A stretch of 64,000 bases of DNA, from the NCBI RefSeq assembly GCF_006345805.1, contig NC_043002.1, positions 1,116,001-1,180,000 on the forward strand. Direction: 5' to 3'. Positions 51,680 to 64,000 of the stretch are shown piece by piece (position 1 is the first letter of the stretch; each line of letters begins with the position of its first letter). A program made the position numbers and the translations under genes. The DNA is from Octopus sinensis. Lineage: Eukaryota. The notes under the pieces are model-generated. The model had not been told where the DNA came from. It ran no database searches and was given only the letters and a program-made list of their open reading frames with translations.

Positions 51680-51831
51680 TAATATATATATCATATATAA
51701 TATATAATATATATATATATATATAAAATATATATATATATATATAATATATATATATAAATATATATATATATAATATATATAAATATATATATATATA
51801 TAAAATATATATATATATTATATATATATAT
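51407..51831. repeat. Long degenerate (TA)n array
   Basis: Direct reading. Confidence 0.95.
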
Positions 51832-51934
51832 GCACACACACAAGTTAAAGAGGTGATCAGGAGAGTTTGTTCATGAAACAGTTGACCGAACACGGAAAAG
51901 AAAATGTATAAGGATACTTGTCCTGCAATTTAAT

Positions 51935-52190
51935 TGTACCGACAAGGCGGAGGTATTGTTTCAGCCGTGTTTGTTTGTTTGTTTGTCCGAGGACAAGATA
52001 TCTCAAGAGCCGCTGGGTAGATTCAGTTGAAACTTTCAGGGAGATTTGGCCTCGTGACTGGCACGAACTGATTAGATTTCGGGATCGATCTGGTACCGGA
52101 CAAGGATTCTGGATCAATTTTCCTGTTTTTTTACTGAACTTTTGAGAGCGGTCGGGTTCAGTTTTTAGTATTCTTGTTATAAATGAAATC
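51935..52190 (+). mobile_element. Helentron-associated/DINE-like non-autonomous element fragment
   Basis: CAAGGCGGAGGTATTGTTTC..(GTTT)n..CAAGATATCTC..GAAACTTTCAGGG..GATTAGATTTCGGGATCGATC architecture. Confidence 0.55.
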
Positions 52191-52410
52191 AAGGTGGCGA
52201 GCTGGCAGAGTCGTTAGCGCGCCGGACAAAATGCTTTGCAGTATTTCGTCCGTCCTTACGTTCTGAATTCAATTTCAGTCGTGGTCGACTTTGCCTTTCA
52301 TCCTTTTAAGATCGATAAAATAAGTATTAGTCAAGCAATGGGGTCGATGTAATCGACTAACCCCACTCCTCACCAAACTCCAGGCCTTGTGCCTATGTTA
52401 GAAAGGACTA
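52191..52410 (+). mobile_element. SINE family 1 (the only full plus-strand copy)
   Basis: GGTGGCGAGCTGGCAGAGTCGTTAGC..GCCTTTCATCCTTT..GGCCTTGTGCCTATGTTAGAAAGG. Confidence 0.9.
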
Positions 52411-54497
52411 TAAACTAAATATTTTCATTTGAAATATTTTATTACAATTCTAACAGTGAAATATATATGTAAAGTAATTTCCTGAGAACTCGATACTGAA
52501 GCTGTGCTTTTATATAATTTTTGGAAATTACGAGTCGATATTTCTAAGAATTTTGCTCAAACCTGAGGATAAAATTCTTACCACAACCTAACAAACCGCT
52601 GTTATAATTTTGTATAAAATTCTTTTATTATTAGCTTTGGGAAAATACCGTTATCATATCGGTGATTAAAATATTATTATTGCTTGTGTTAAAATACCAA
52701 TCTATTATTTATTTTGGGACAATACCATAGTCATGATTACCTTCTGTGAAATCTTATTACATTTGGTAAAGTAACTTAGTCACCACGAACTTTGGTAGAT
52801 TATCAATGTTAATATTAACTTTGAAGCTGTGAGGTGAAAGCTTGTGTGTTCATTTTATACTTTAAGAGGAAATATATAATTATATGGTAATGAATGAATT
52901 AATAAATTATCTATTCGTGCCTCAAAGACATTAGCTGCATAAATAGATTGATTTCAGTCCGGAACCAAGACAAACTTTTAAACTCGTGTTCTATGACATT
53001 GGTCAAGAATGGTTTTAATAAATACAGGAAACAAAGTACACCTTGCTTAAATTAATTATAGGAATATTTCAATTTAATTGAAGGAATACAGTTTCTAATT
53101 ATGCAACTGCATTAAGCTGTCTAGCTTTATCCAGGTGAGTTTCATGGGTTCTAAAGACATACAGCAATAATGAGTAGATATCAAATTATATCCCGAGCAG
53201 TTTGCCTCCATCTTGTCTATCTTTTCTCTGCGTAAAGAGACTGCTTTACCCAATATGCCATCTTTAAGTCAGTAAAATGTCGTGGAAAGAATAAGTAGTT
53301 GTTATTTCTAACCAATCCCTTATCCCACGTTGGCGCTCATCACAATATGTTAAAATTTCCCTTACGAATGTAGAATATTCCATCTACCAAGTTTCATTCT
53401 GGAGGCTTATATCGACCCGAGAACACAAGGCTCCAGCACTGCGCAATGATATCTAAACTGAAAGCAGATTGATGCAGAGTGAACCACGATTCTCTGCTTC
53501 ATCCTCCTCACCCGGCATCAACCGTCGACGCCACCAGTTGGCTGATTTTTCACCACTATATTGATTAGATGATACATACGAGTCCCACGCGAACTGTGTG
53601 TAAATTGAAACTAAATGGATATCGATTTGGATGTTCTTCCTTCCAACGATAGTAAAATACAAGATAAATGAGGAGCCCCGTCGATAAATTATCAGCGTTT
53701 CCACTTAATGATACGAGTAATGTGCTGCCGATAACCAGCTGAGTCATTATGTAATTGACGAATGTTCTGTTAGTTTGTGGTGCTGAATGGCTACAATAAG
53801 AATGGACTGAAGTGGGATACAGCTTCTACTCTGAATTCCTGCATACACTTCTTGAAGTCGAAATAACAAATGCCAAAAGACTCTTCACGAATATTTGGGG
53901 TTTTTCTTATGTTCCTAGACAGAGAATATGATTAAACCAGCCAACAACTAATGAGTTACGATGCGCAGCAATCAATAATTATCCAATGTTATGTTAAATA
54001 ACTTTTCATACTGTAATGTTTCTCTCGTTTCTTCCTGAAAAATATTCAAGCAACCGTAGAACGGTTATGTAAATTTCTGCTCTAGTTTATGCAGGGATAT
54101 TTCTATCATAATTTTTAATTAAGTTTAAACATTAAAGAGAGATTATTAATTCATGGTCGAACATATTCTGTGAAGTTTATTCCAGTGTTTGAGTATTAAA
54201 GAATATTTGGCTTTCAATCAAATAATCATCCCCGTCCCTGGCCCCAAACTACAAAAATTGTTTATTTCTGGGCCAAGATTTTGCTTTCAGAATTACCCAA
54301 GAAATTACTTATCTTTTTCCACTCAGATCTATCGGAGCCAGAATCTAGTAACAATAATTAAAAACTGGAATTTGGAGAAAGAACATTTATGGAATGCATC
54401 TTTCGCTTGTTTCAATCATTGAACTGCAGTCATCCTGGGTCAACGCATACACAAAATATTATATATACCACAATCAGAGATAGTATTATACACGCAC

Positions 54498-54505
54498 AAT
54501 ATATA

Positions 54506-54537
<32 letters not shown>

Positions 54538-54658
54538 TATATATATAAATAAAATATATATAATATATATATATATATATAAATATATATAATATATATA
54601 TAAATATATATATATAATATATAAATATATATATATATATAGATATATATATAAAGAT

Positions 54659-54692
<34 letters not shown>

Positions 54693-54874
54693 ATATATAT
54701 TATAATATACACACAACAGCTTATAATATACACATATATACACAATGTTATATATATATATATACACACACACACGAAGTTATATATATTATATACATAA
54801 ATATATACACACAAGTTATATATATTATATACATAAATATATACACACAAAGTTATATATATTATATACATAAA
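54498..54874. repeat. (TA)n array grading into a ~38-bp minisatellite
   Basis: AAGTTATATATATTATATACATAAATATATACACAC repeated about 3 times. Confidence 0.85.
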
Positions 54875-55255
54875 CTAGCAGTATCGCCCGGCGTTGCTCG
54901 GGTTTGTAAGGGAAATAACTATATAAGCATTTTTAGAGAGTTACTTCCCTGATAGATGCCAATTCGAGCTTTCTTAGCCATTTCTGTTTTGGTGTCTTCA
55001 AGCCATGAAGTCGTTGTTCTAAAAGAACGCTGGTCTCCTTGACAACGCTTTACGACGTTGATTTCCTTACACTCCCTTCCCCACAGCTTCACGAGGGAGG
55101 GAAGAAGGGGGAGAAGCAAACAGGTGCAGGTGTGACCATGAACGCCAACTCCGCAGCCATTGACACACGAAAAATTATGCATTAAAATGGAATAAAAAAT
55201 GATGTTAAATTATTTTTAAAATCGTAGACTCATCGTAGACGCGCGCTAATAGGCA
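54875..55255 (-). mobile_element. Helitron 3' end running into the assembly gap
   Basis: Minus CCCGAGCAACGCCGGG hairpin, CGATACTGCTAG|T. Confidence 0.8.
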
Positions 55256-55355
55256 NNNNNNNNNNNNNNNNNNNNNNNNNNNNNNNNNNNNNNNNNNNNN
55301 NNNNNNNNNNNNNNNNNNNNNNNNNNNNNNNNNNNNNNNNNNNNNNNNNNNNNNN
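55256..55355. other. Assembly gap (100 N)
   Basis: Direct reading. Confidence 1.
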
Positions 55356-55489
55356 CCCCCCCCCCCACCCTTCGGACTCCTCATTCGCAAAATCACCGAA
55401 CCTGGGGCTTAACTATGGTCTATCCATAGCACTTACTCGGCATTACCTGACACCTTTGGGTCTTATCGACACCATTACCTCTCATAACC

Positions 55490-55922
55490 TCAATACACAC
55501 ATATATACACACACATGCATACGCACTACATATATACACAACATATACGCACACACATATATATACATGCACATGCGCACATACACACCTACACAGGCAC
55601 ATACCCAGGCACATACACATATACATACGCACGCACTCTACACACATGCACAGACACACGCACACATGCACACGCTCATATGCACATACATACACACGCG
55701 CGCACGCACATACACGCGCACGTATATACTGCACCCACACACCTCTATACTCGCACACACACCTATAAACGCGCGCGCACACACCTATATAGGCACTCAC
55801 ACATCTATATACACATACACATATACGCAGGCATACACGCACACATATATATATATACACACACACACGTATAATTATATGCATGCACGCATATGTAGAC
55901 ACAAACATCACACACACATACA
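55490..55922. repeat. Degenerate (CA)/(CG)/(TA) low-complexity tract
   Basis: Direct reading. Confidence 0.9.
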
Positions 55923-56208
55923 AGTGTAGCACTGTAGTGTTATATGAAGGAAATGTTTGTTAAACGATTGCAGATATCTTGTTTGATTGCGCATCATTGT
56001 GGACTTGCAGGGTTTTCGGCAGCATTGGTGGATTCTCTGAGTGGGAATAGGATTTCGTATGCTTCTCTAGGATTCTATGTCACGTCCTGACAATCATCTA
56101 ATTTTTTATCAGAGGCAATGAAACGTGTGCTGTTAGGTAAAGACATAGGACACCTCGGGTCGGTTATTCCTATTTATGTAATATGTTTGTGTGTGTGCGA
56201 TATATATA

Positions 56209-56510
56209 TCACCGTGATCACCGTAATCGACCAGGCTATCAGATGTTGCTACACATCGCTGGTCACAATGCGCTTCGCATTGTTCTAGCCTTCAAATGAT
56301 GCCACTCTGCTGGCTAAGCGAGCAGGCCAACAGAAGAAAGAGTGAGAGAAAGTTGTGGCGAAAGAGTACAGCAGGGATTGCCATCACCCCCTGTCGGAGC
56401 CTCGTGGAGCTTTAGGTGTTTTCGCTCAATAAACTTTCACAACGCCCAGTCTGGGAATCGAAACCGCGATCCTACAACCGCGAGTCCGCTGCCCTAACCA
56501 CTGGACCATT
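56209..56510 (-). mobile_element. tRNA-derived SINE with family 3 tail and a different core
   Basis: TGGTCCAGTGGTTAGGGCAGCGGACTC..GTTTCGATTCCC head; tail GCCTGCTCGC..GTGGCATCATT..GTAGCAACATCTGATA..GGTCGAT. Confidence 0.85.
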
Positions 56511-56529
56511 GGGATTTTTCTAAAAAGAC

Positions 56530-56562
<33 letters not shown>

Positions 56563-56616
56563 GTCTTTTTAGAAAAAAAACAATATATATATATATATAT
56601 AGTCTTTTTAGAAAAA

Positions 56617-56654
<38 letters not shown>

Positions 56655-56714
56655 TTTTAGAAAAAAAACAATATATATATATATATATATATATAGTATT
56701 TTTAGAAAAAACCC
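56510..56714. repeat. Inverted and tandem repeat around (TA)n (MITE/foldback-like)
   Basis: TGGGATTTTTCTAAAAAGACTATA faces four copies of TATAGT(C/A)TTTTTAGAAAAA; the last continues ACCCA. Confidence 0.75.
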
Positions 56715-57289
56715 ATAAAGGGTACCTTTATGGCAAGAAACCCAGTTTAATGTTTCCGAATGTTTTATGCCGTTTGCCTTCTTGAATTGGAAGGGTAAAG
56801 TAGCAAGCATCGAACGTAACTAAGTGAAATAGTATGGCTTAGGAGTTTTGGTAATGGAGGCCTGAAAATGCTACATGCAGTTTACGGGTCTCGGCGTGGT
56901 TGTCCAAAAACGGAAGGAAATCCCCAGAGAAAGAACAACAAAGAACAGAGAAATGTCCAATGAATTGGTTTATTTAGCCAACGAGCTGCATGCCAGCATT
57001 GAAGTGGCAAACTATCCACCGTGGTTTTATGTGATATTTGGTAGTTGGGTGGAGAGTGAGCAAGGATGATTAGCAGAGTGGGAAGGATAAAAGGATAGAG
57101 ACCCCGAGGAAAGACTGGTTAGTGGGAGGGGAAAGAGATGCTGGACGTTTTTGTTTTCCCAAAATGTATATTTTGAGTATATGCATGTATATGTATAAAT
57201 ATGTATAAGTGATAGGACTAAGGAGGATATGAACTCATTTATGGTGAGATAAGCACAAATGGGATGAGAGACAACCCTTATACTTACAG

Positions 57290-57490
57290 GGTACCCAACA
57301 AGCGGACTCGTATAAACTTGCGCTTAGAAGGAAAATGCAAATCACCATTAAAGTTGAGGCAGGCCTCTGGTAGGAATTGGTTTCTCAGTATTCTTTGCTC
57401 GGAAAGACAAAACCTGTGCCCTCTAAAGCTGCTGAAGTAAAGTCTGCCCCTTTCTAGCAGTGTCCACTTAATGTTACATTGTGCAGTGTT
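57290..57490 (-). mobile_element. Penelope-like GIY-YIG C-terminal remnant
   Basis: NIKWTLLERGRLY..RFCLSEQRIL..CLN..KRKF resembles IKW.IL..A.PY..C.LCL.EK..LN..HK.KF. Confidence 0.55.
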
Positions 57491-59384
57491 TTATTTTAAT
57501 GTCTCGATGTGCCTCGCCAATGAACTTTGTCTCATATGTCGCAAAATAAAGAAAAAAAGGACGACCGGGTTGCCTCGATCTACTTAGATAAAAAAAATCC
57601 CCTTCACGTACACCTCATCGTTTTAAAATGGGAAATGTACATTAGGATAGGGGCAAAGAAATCAAGTCTGCAGTGTTTTTCATCATAGACCTGCTCAGGT
57701 GGAGACGATTTCGAATTTAATAATTTCGTTACGAATGGCAGAGAAACTTATGCACCTCATGAGATTTCGCTTCAAAAATATAGCAAACTATAATTCTTAT
57801 ACACTTTTACAACAGTCTTCTAAGAGATGAACGCCAGATGTAGTTCCAATTTAGTTTTTAAATGAAAATCCATGGTTCAGCGAAATCTATATTCTGGAGC
57901 AGCAATTAACTCTTTGCCGACCGTTAAAACCCAATAGAAACTAATGCGATTAAAGATACATGAAGATATTTATTTGAACATACTTATTAAAGAGAAAGAT
58001 TATGTGTGGAAGTTGATGGATGGAATCAAGTGAAAAGTTTTTAGAAGTTTAGTTGCAAAGCGCCGAGTATGGACAGAGCGTCGCTAACCCCCGCTGAATA
58101 GTTTTATAATTGCAACTGGTTTACTTAGTGAATTCTTTTAAAAGTATAGGTTATAATTATTGAAGTGGCTTTACGGGTAGACTTCGTTTGATACTGGTAG
58201 TTTTACCGATATCTTTATTAGTTCTTCGTTAGTGGTTTACAGTTACTAAAGAAAAAGTTGAAATTGTAGTGCAAAGGTGAGGAAATCCTATTTTTTTGTT
58301 GTCAATACGACGGTGTTAATAACAATAATTTTACACATATAAAATGAATATTATGATGATATGTAATTAATTTTAGTATAATCGGTTCGTATTTTACATA
58401 CGCAAGCAAGATGAATAAGTAAGCCTTACCTGTAGTGAAGTAGTGAGACATCGAAATCAATATTTTACCAGCACAGACAGCAAAACTATTGCCGTGTAAT
58501 ATAATTAATGTTATTTAGTGACGGAATGTTATGTCAGATATATCCGGAATTAAAATACTTGAAATATAGTGGTTGAAGAATTGTGAAGTTTCAGGTGGTT
58601 CGGAGAAAATGAAAGTCTACTGAAAATGTTCGCGGGAGAATCATATAAGTTATCCACTTTAGAAGAAGCTTTAGTAATTTTGTTATAAACTTTATATTCA
58701 CCATAACAAATTTTGCGTGGAAGACACCTGCATGGCAAATTAAAGAATAGAAGTAAACTCAATTAAATTTAGAGAGGGCGCTGGTATCATTGTCTGACTG
58801 AATTTTTGATTTTATAACGACGAGGTTTCTGTTTCAAACCCCAGCTCGGCATTTACGACCGCTAATTTTGTGTTGACCAAATCGTTGTGAGAGGGAAAGG
58901 AAAATGTTTTAGAGAGAAGACTTAATTTGTATCATAGATTAACACCGCCATCTGAAAATTTAAGTGAAGTTCCCTATCTCGAAGGTCTCGATTAACTAAA
59001 AAAAGAGAGAGAGAGACCATTGGCGATGTAGTTCTGTCTCTGATTAAGTCATGAAATAACTCCTTAACCGTATTTAAAAATTGACCAAAATAAGAATATC
59101 ACAAATTTAGTTTTTTTCTAATTTTTTTAAAACACTGATAATCTATTTTCACCTCGTATGTTTGCACTCATACAGATAAATCCAAATACATTCCATTTAA
59201 CAGCGATATGATTTGTAATTTAAAAAAAAAATTAAGTCACTATTTCTGTTGGCGAAATTTCACTTCACTCCTACTCACAAGAATTTGGTCGCCCGAAATA
59301 TTTGTAGAAGTTCAAAGTACTACGCAGCACTGGGAACCCGAGGCTTCGTAGTTACGAAATCAATATTTACAAATTTATGCGAAT

Positions 59385-59517
59385 TTTGGGCAGAAGTGGG
59401 TAATCGATTACATCAAACCCAACACGCAACTGGTGCTTATTTTATCGACCCCGAAATAATGAAATCCCGCTAAGCATTTTTCCCGACGCGGTAACGATTC
59501 TACCATCTCGCTGCCTT
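59385..59517 (-). mobile_element. SINE family 1, internally deleted
   Basis: Head and partial core. Confidence 0.75.
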
Positions 59518-59707
59518 TATGCGATGTGTAATTAAAACAAACAAATATTGCATCATCTCATTTTGTGGAAACAAATTCCAGTTTGCAAAGGAATGAATAA
59601 AAATAAAAAAAAGTGGATCGTATCACGTGCATCAGAAAAGGGAAAACGATACAGTATTTAATATTACAAAATAATGCATACATTGTGAATTGTAGGCTTG
59701 TATACCT

Positions 59708-59945
59708 ATTTCTTTACTACCCACAAGGGGCTAAACACAGAGGGGACAAACAAGGACAGACAAACGGATTAATTTGACTACATCGACTCCAGTGCGTAAC
59801 TAACTGGTACTTATTTAATCGACCCCGAAAGGATGAAAGGCAAAGTCGACCTTGGCGGAATTTTGAACTCAGAACGTAATGGCAGACGAAATGCGGCTAC
59901 GCATTTCGCCTGGCGTACTAACATTTCTGCCAGTTCGCCGCCTTA
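59708..59945 (-). mobile_element. SINE family 1 monomer with tail B, 15-bp TSD
   Basis: TSD TAGGCTTGT(A/G)TACCT at 59693-59707 and 59946-59960. Confidence 0.92.
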
Positions 59946-60427
59946 TAGGCTTGTGTACCTCAATGACTCAAATGTTTCGGAAACACTGTTCTGATTTGTA
60001 CAATGTGACTTATTGGATTTGCATTTTCTCGACAAAATTGCACCAAAAGAAGCCCCAGGTGACAGACTTACATTAGCACGTCATGCAACTGTTTAAACAA
60101 TTCATTACTTTACAAATAGCGTCTTAGAAAAAAACCCCCAGATATTCACATATTTCGCTGAAGTCATCATTGTCGAGTGAATCTATGTCAAATAAGCTTA
60201 ACACTTATCGCTTCTGCTTGTTTGCTTGTTAAAATCTGAACAAGGAATTTCTTTCTGCATATTTTAAGTAGTTTTTCTTTCAAAACATTAAGGGTTAAAA
60301 TGAATGGTGTCCAACTTTGGTATTTCTATACTGAACTGTATGCATAAATAAGTTTTTAAATTTTGTTTAATCCAATAGGTTTCGTGTCATTTTTAGTATA
60401 TATTATTTTTACTTATATATACTTATT

Positions 60428-60755
60428 GCTCACTTAACCACCTCACTCCTCTCTATGGAACATAGGCCATCGATGACGTTTCTCCACTGTTCCCAACTCT
60501 AGGCTCTACCTAAAGAAAGAGCTTCTTTTCCCATGTCTCGTTCGTTTTAAATTTCATCAATGCTTCTTTTTTTCTAAGTAGGGATGTTGACCTTGAGCAA
60601 ACCCATTTTTACACCAAGGAAGAGAGTGGTCCATCTTAGCATGATCTCTGTCTTTTGACCTTTCCAGCACGGGACGTTCAAGTAGAAGCTTGCACTCTGC
60701 TGGCATACTTCTCAGGGTCATTGAGCCGTACAAGCAACCCCATCACAACAAGAAC
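60428..60755 (-). mobile_element. Bipartite non-autonomous RTE derivative (5' UTR joined to 3' tip)
   Basis: Minus GGCTCAATGACCCTGAGAAGTATGCCAGC..TGCTGGAAAGGTCAAAAG, then QWRNVIDGLCS..VVK*. Confidence 0.7.
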
Positions 60756-60918
60756 TGGGGCCTGGTGTTCGATGTTTATTTCCTCTTATTCCTTTCTGTC
60801 GAAGGGCGTAGACTCGAAACATAAAAGACTTTTCCATTGTTTCTCGAGCGTCAAACTAACACAATTGTTTGTTGTTCCTACTCCTGGTATTGTCTTTTGT
60901 TTTTCTATAAATTTGAAC

Positions 60919-60972
60919 TGTATGTATGTATGTATGCATGTATGTATGTATTTATGTATGTATGTATGTATG

Positions 60973-61006
<34 letters not shown>

Positions 61007-61085
61007 TGTATGTATGTATGTATGTATGTATGTATGTATGTATGTATGTATGCATGTATGTATATGCGTATGTGTGTGTGTATAT
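60919..61085. repeat. (TATG)n microsatellite
   Basis: Direct reading. Confidence 0.95.
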
Positions 61086-62772
61086 ATTAGGTCAGATTTT
61101 ATTCTGCATAAAATTGGTCCACAGCTGTTTTCTTAGTGAATACATTTTGGATAATATCAGATTCGGTCACCATAAACCTTCTGAAAAACAACTAGTTGCT
61201 CTTTAGTCGTCATTTAACAATGCTCTGGCTTTTGAATGTCTTTACATGTAAACTATAAAAGTTCCCAAATAAAAACATATCTTAATTACGTCTATGGTGG
61301 TACAATATATAAATATATATATGAGATATGAAAGAAAATAATTCTACTCATTAGTTTAAAAGGTAGAGGAGCCGTAATATTATCACTTCCAAGATAAATT
61401 TCAGAAATACTCTGGAATGCATCACCTGTGATGTTTCTAGAGTCTTAGGGATTTTCGGGTACTTCAAAACCAGGCCCTTCACACAGTTGATCCATCCAGG
61501 ACTGGTCAAGTCTCAGCTTGCTCCCAGGAACAAAAAACCATTAGTCTGCCCTTTTTATTCAAAGTCAGCAAATATATATCTTCTTCTGGAATCGTATGGT
61601 AAATTTAACCTGGAAATACACCAACATCCTATAAATAATCAGATATCGAAACCTCAAATTTACAAGAAACGAATATTCTTTACTCTTCTGTAGTAATATG
61701 AAAATATTTCATGACCTCATTTATAGTTTTCATTGTTTGATAAAGTCCACGATGTTTGTCTCAAGTCGAAGCATTCTTTTACACATAGACCACCAAATAC
61801 TATTCTTCGGAAGTTTTTTTTTTTGTTTAACTTCATACAATTGATGTATCTCTTTCAAACATTCGATAACTTTGTTCCTTGTTCTGAAACTACAAGTTAA
61901 TTGCATGATATTAATCTGGCGAGAATACCAATTTTCATGTTTGATTTAACTCTTTCCGTAGAACAAAAGAAACATATAAGGCATCGATGTGGTTTCTACT
62001 ATGAACTATTCTGAATAATACTGAATGTGGCGTATCAGATATTATAATCTCAGTCGTTTATTAAACTATAAATCACACTAAGGAAATGCTGGGAAATTCA
62101 TTTGAAGGTATGTGAACTTCAGATACATACTCATGCTTAATTAGTTAACAGTCTGAATACGCAATAAATACTCTTTCACTGTTGGAGATAAATTAATATC
62201 TACGTGAATGATATTTACTCTCAATAATCTATAACACTATAAATACAATTATCTTTCTATTTCTCTAATATAAGTTATTCTTTCTAGCGTTTATAACTAT
62301 TCTTAATTTAGAAGTATATTGGCCCACATCACAACCAAAATATCATTCTCATAAATCATTCAAAACATTCGATAGATTTCCCATCAATTTTGGTTGGGTT
62401 TGATTTATTAGCTTTTAGTTTTCTGCGAGAAATATACTCGTTACTGACTTTTACGTGTAAATAATTTTTGATGAGGTTTAAATATTCCCTGATTAAATAA
62501 CTTCTGTTAGACTATATAAGGCTAAGAAGTCATTCTCTGCAAAAAAGAAAATTAAAATAAAAATGTTTATACTTCCACATATATTTCGATTATTGCACAC
62601 AGCGCAATTCAACCGTAGTTTCCTGCATTAAATAATTAAAGTTATTCTTCTTCACGCTGGGTTCGACAATCTCCACTAGCGATATTGCTACGGTAAATAC
62701 TTACTGTTAAGTGCGGTCATGGAATATAGTGGAAAATATACATAGATACGCACCCCACCAAACACACATATC

Positions 62773-62806
62773 AGTCTGTCCGTCTGTCTATCTGTTTGTC
62801 TGTCTA

Positions 62807-62857
<51 letters not shown>

Positions 62858-62863
62858 CCATCC

Positions 62864-62929
<66 letters not shown>

Positions 62930-62949
62930 ATCTATCTATCCATCCATCC

Positions 62950-63008
<59 letters not shown>

Positions 63009-63012
63009 CATC

Positions 63013-63110
<98 letters not shown>

Positions 63111-63132
63111 GTATCTATCTGTCTGTCTGTTA

Positions 63133-63199
<67 letters not shown>

Positions 63200-63248
63200 C
63201 ATCCATCCATCCATCCATCCATCCATCCATCCATCCATCCATCCATCC

Positions 63249-63326
<78 letters not shown>

Positions 63327-63361
63327 GTATCTATCTGTCTGTCTGTTAATCTATCTGTCTG

Positions 63362-63431
<70 letters not shown>

Positions 63432-63475
63432 CATCCATCCATCATCCATCCATCCATCCATCCATCCATCCATCC

Positions 63476-63564
<89 letters not shown>
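62773..63564. repeat. Compound (TC)/(TATC)/(CATC)/(TGTC) array
   Basis: Direct reading; contains a higher-order duplicated block. Confidence 0.95.
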
Positions 63565-63679
63565 AACATTATCTATAACATATACTCGACGTACATGCCA
63601 TGTGTATTTGTTGGTAGGTTGCGACTGGCGTGATGGAGGTTACTCTCACAAAGCGTCGGGAAGCAGAAGGTTGGAAAAA

Positions 63680-64000
63680 GTAATTCTTCCTCGATTCGAA
63701 GTTACAATTCAGCATAATCCTCATTGCATGCCTTTGCACAATTGTGAGAACCAACTTTCGAGTCCTGCTTGTAGAAATTGAAGTCACCTCTTCATAACCA
63801 CTTTTATCTCATCTGTTTTATAAAATTCCTGTCCCTGAAGACTGTTCTTCGCTGAACCCACTATGTGGAAGTCAGAGGGTACCGGACCTAGGTGGTACGG
63901 ACGGAGGCGGCGCACTGCTATGTTACTGATTGCCTGATTTGCTGTCAAAGCTGTGTATGGTCATGTATTGTCATGGCGAATGTGGATCGTTTCCAGACTC
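63680..64000 (-). mobile_element. Mariner transposase C-terminal relic (continues beyond window)
   Basis: LETIHIRHDNT*PYTA..PY..PSDFHIVG; shares AAACGATCCACATTC..CATGACAAT with the 14966 copy. Confidence 0.75.

Noticed and set aside
53470-53505. Hairpin GCAGAG..CTCTGC as a pre-miRNA
   Set aside because: The stem is too short for a precursor.
62711-63633. Long ORFs (up to 260 aa) of SIYL/HPSI repeats
   Set aside because: These are translations of tetranucleotide microsatellites. The same applies to the YI/CV/ER/HT-rich ORFs at 3332-3663, 16729-17217, 47921-48934, 50660-51893, 54440-55932 and 60655-61206.

Overview
AT-rich, repeat-dominated eukaryotic DNA, probably intronic or intergenic. It is probably molluscan, and I infer Octopus-like from the SINE families and microsatellite load; this is recollection, not a database result. 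No intact protein-coding gene is visible, and most long ORFs in the track are microsatellite translations. The window holds about 20 copies of one tRNA-derived SINE plus two other SINE types. It also holds decayed non-LTR retrotransposons (RTE, L1/Tx1, CR1, about 9 R4/Dong-type remnants, Penelope-like remnants) and DNA transposon relics (mariner, maT/DD37D, hAT). Several Helitrons have readable termini, and there is one 100-N gap. The most notable structures are a TSD-bounded RTE insertion with an inverted 5' end (twin-priming geometry), an internally deleted Helitron inserted precisely into a SINE (AAT)n tail, and a window-wide strand asymmetry of SINEs versus R4/Dong relics. Also notable are modular and dimeric SINEs, hammerhead-like motifs, and a few weak minus-strand exon candidates. 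I found no convincing new biological system.
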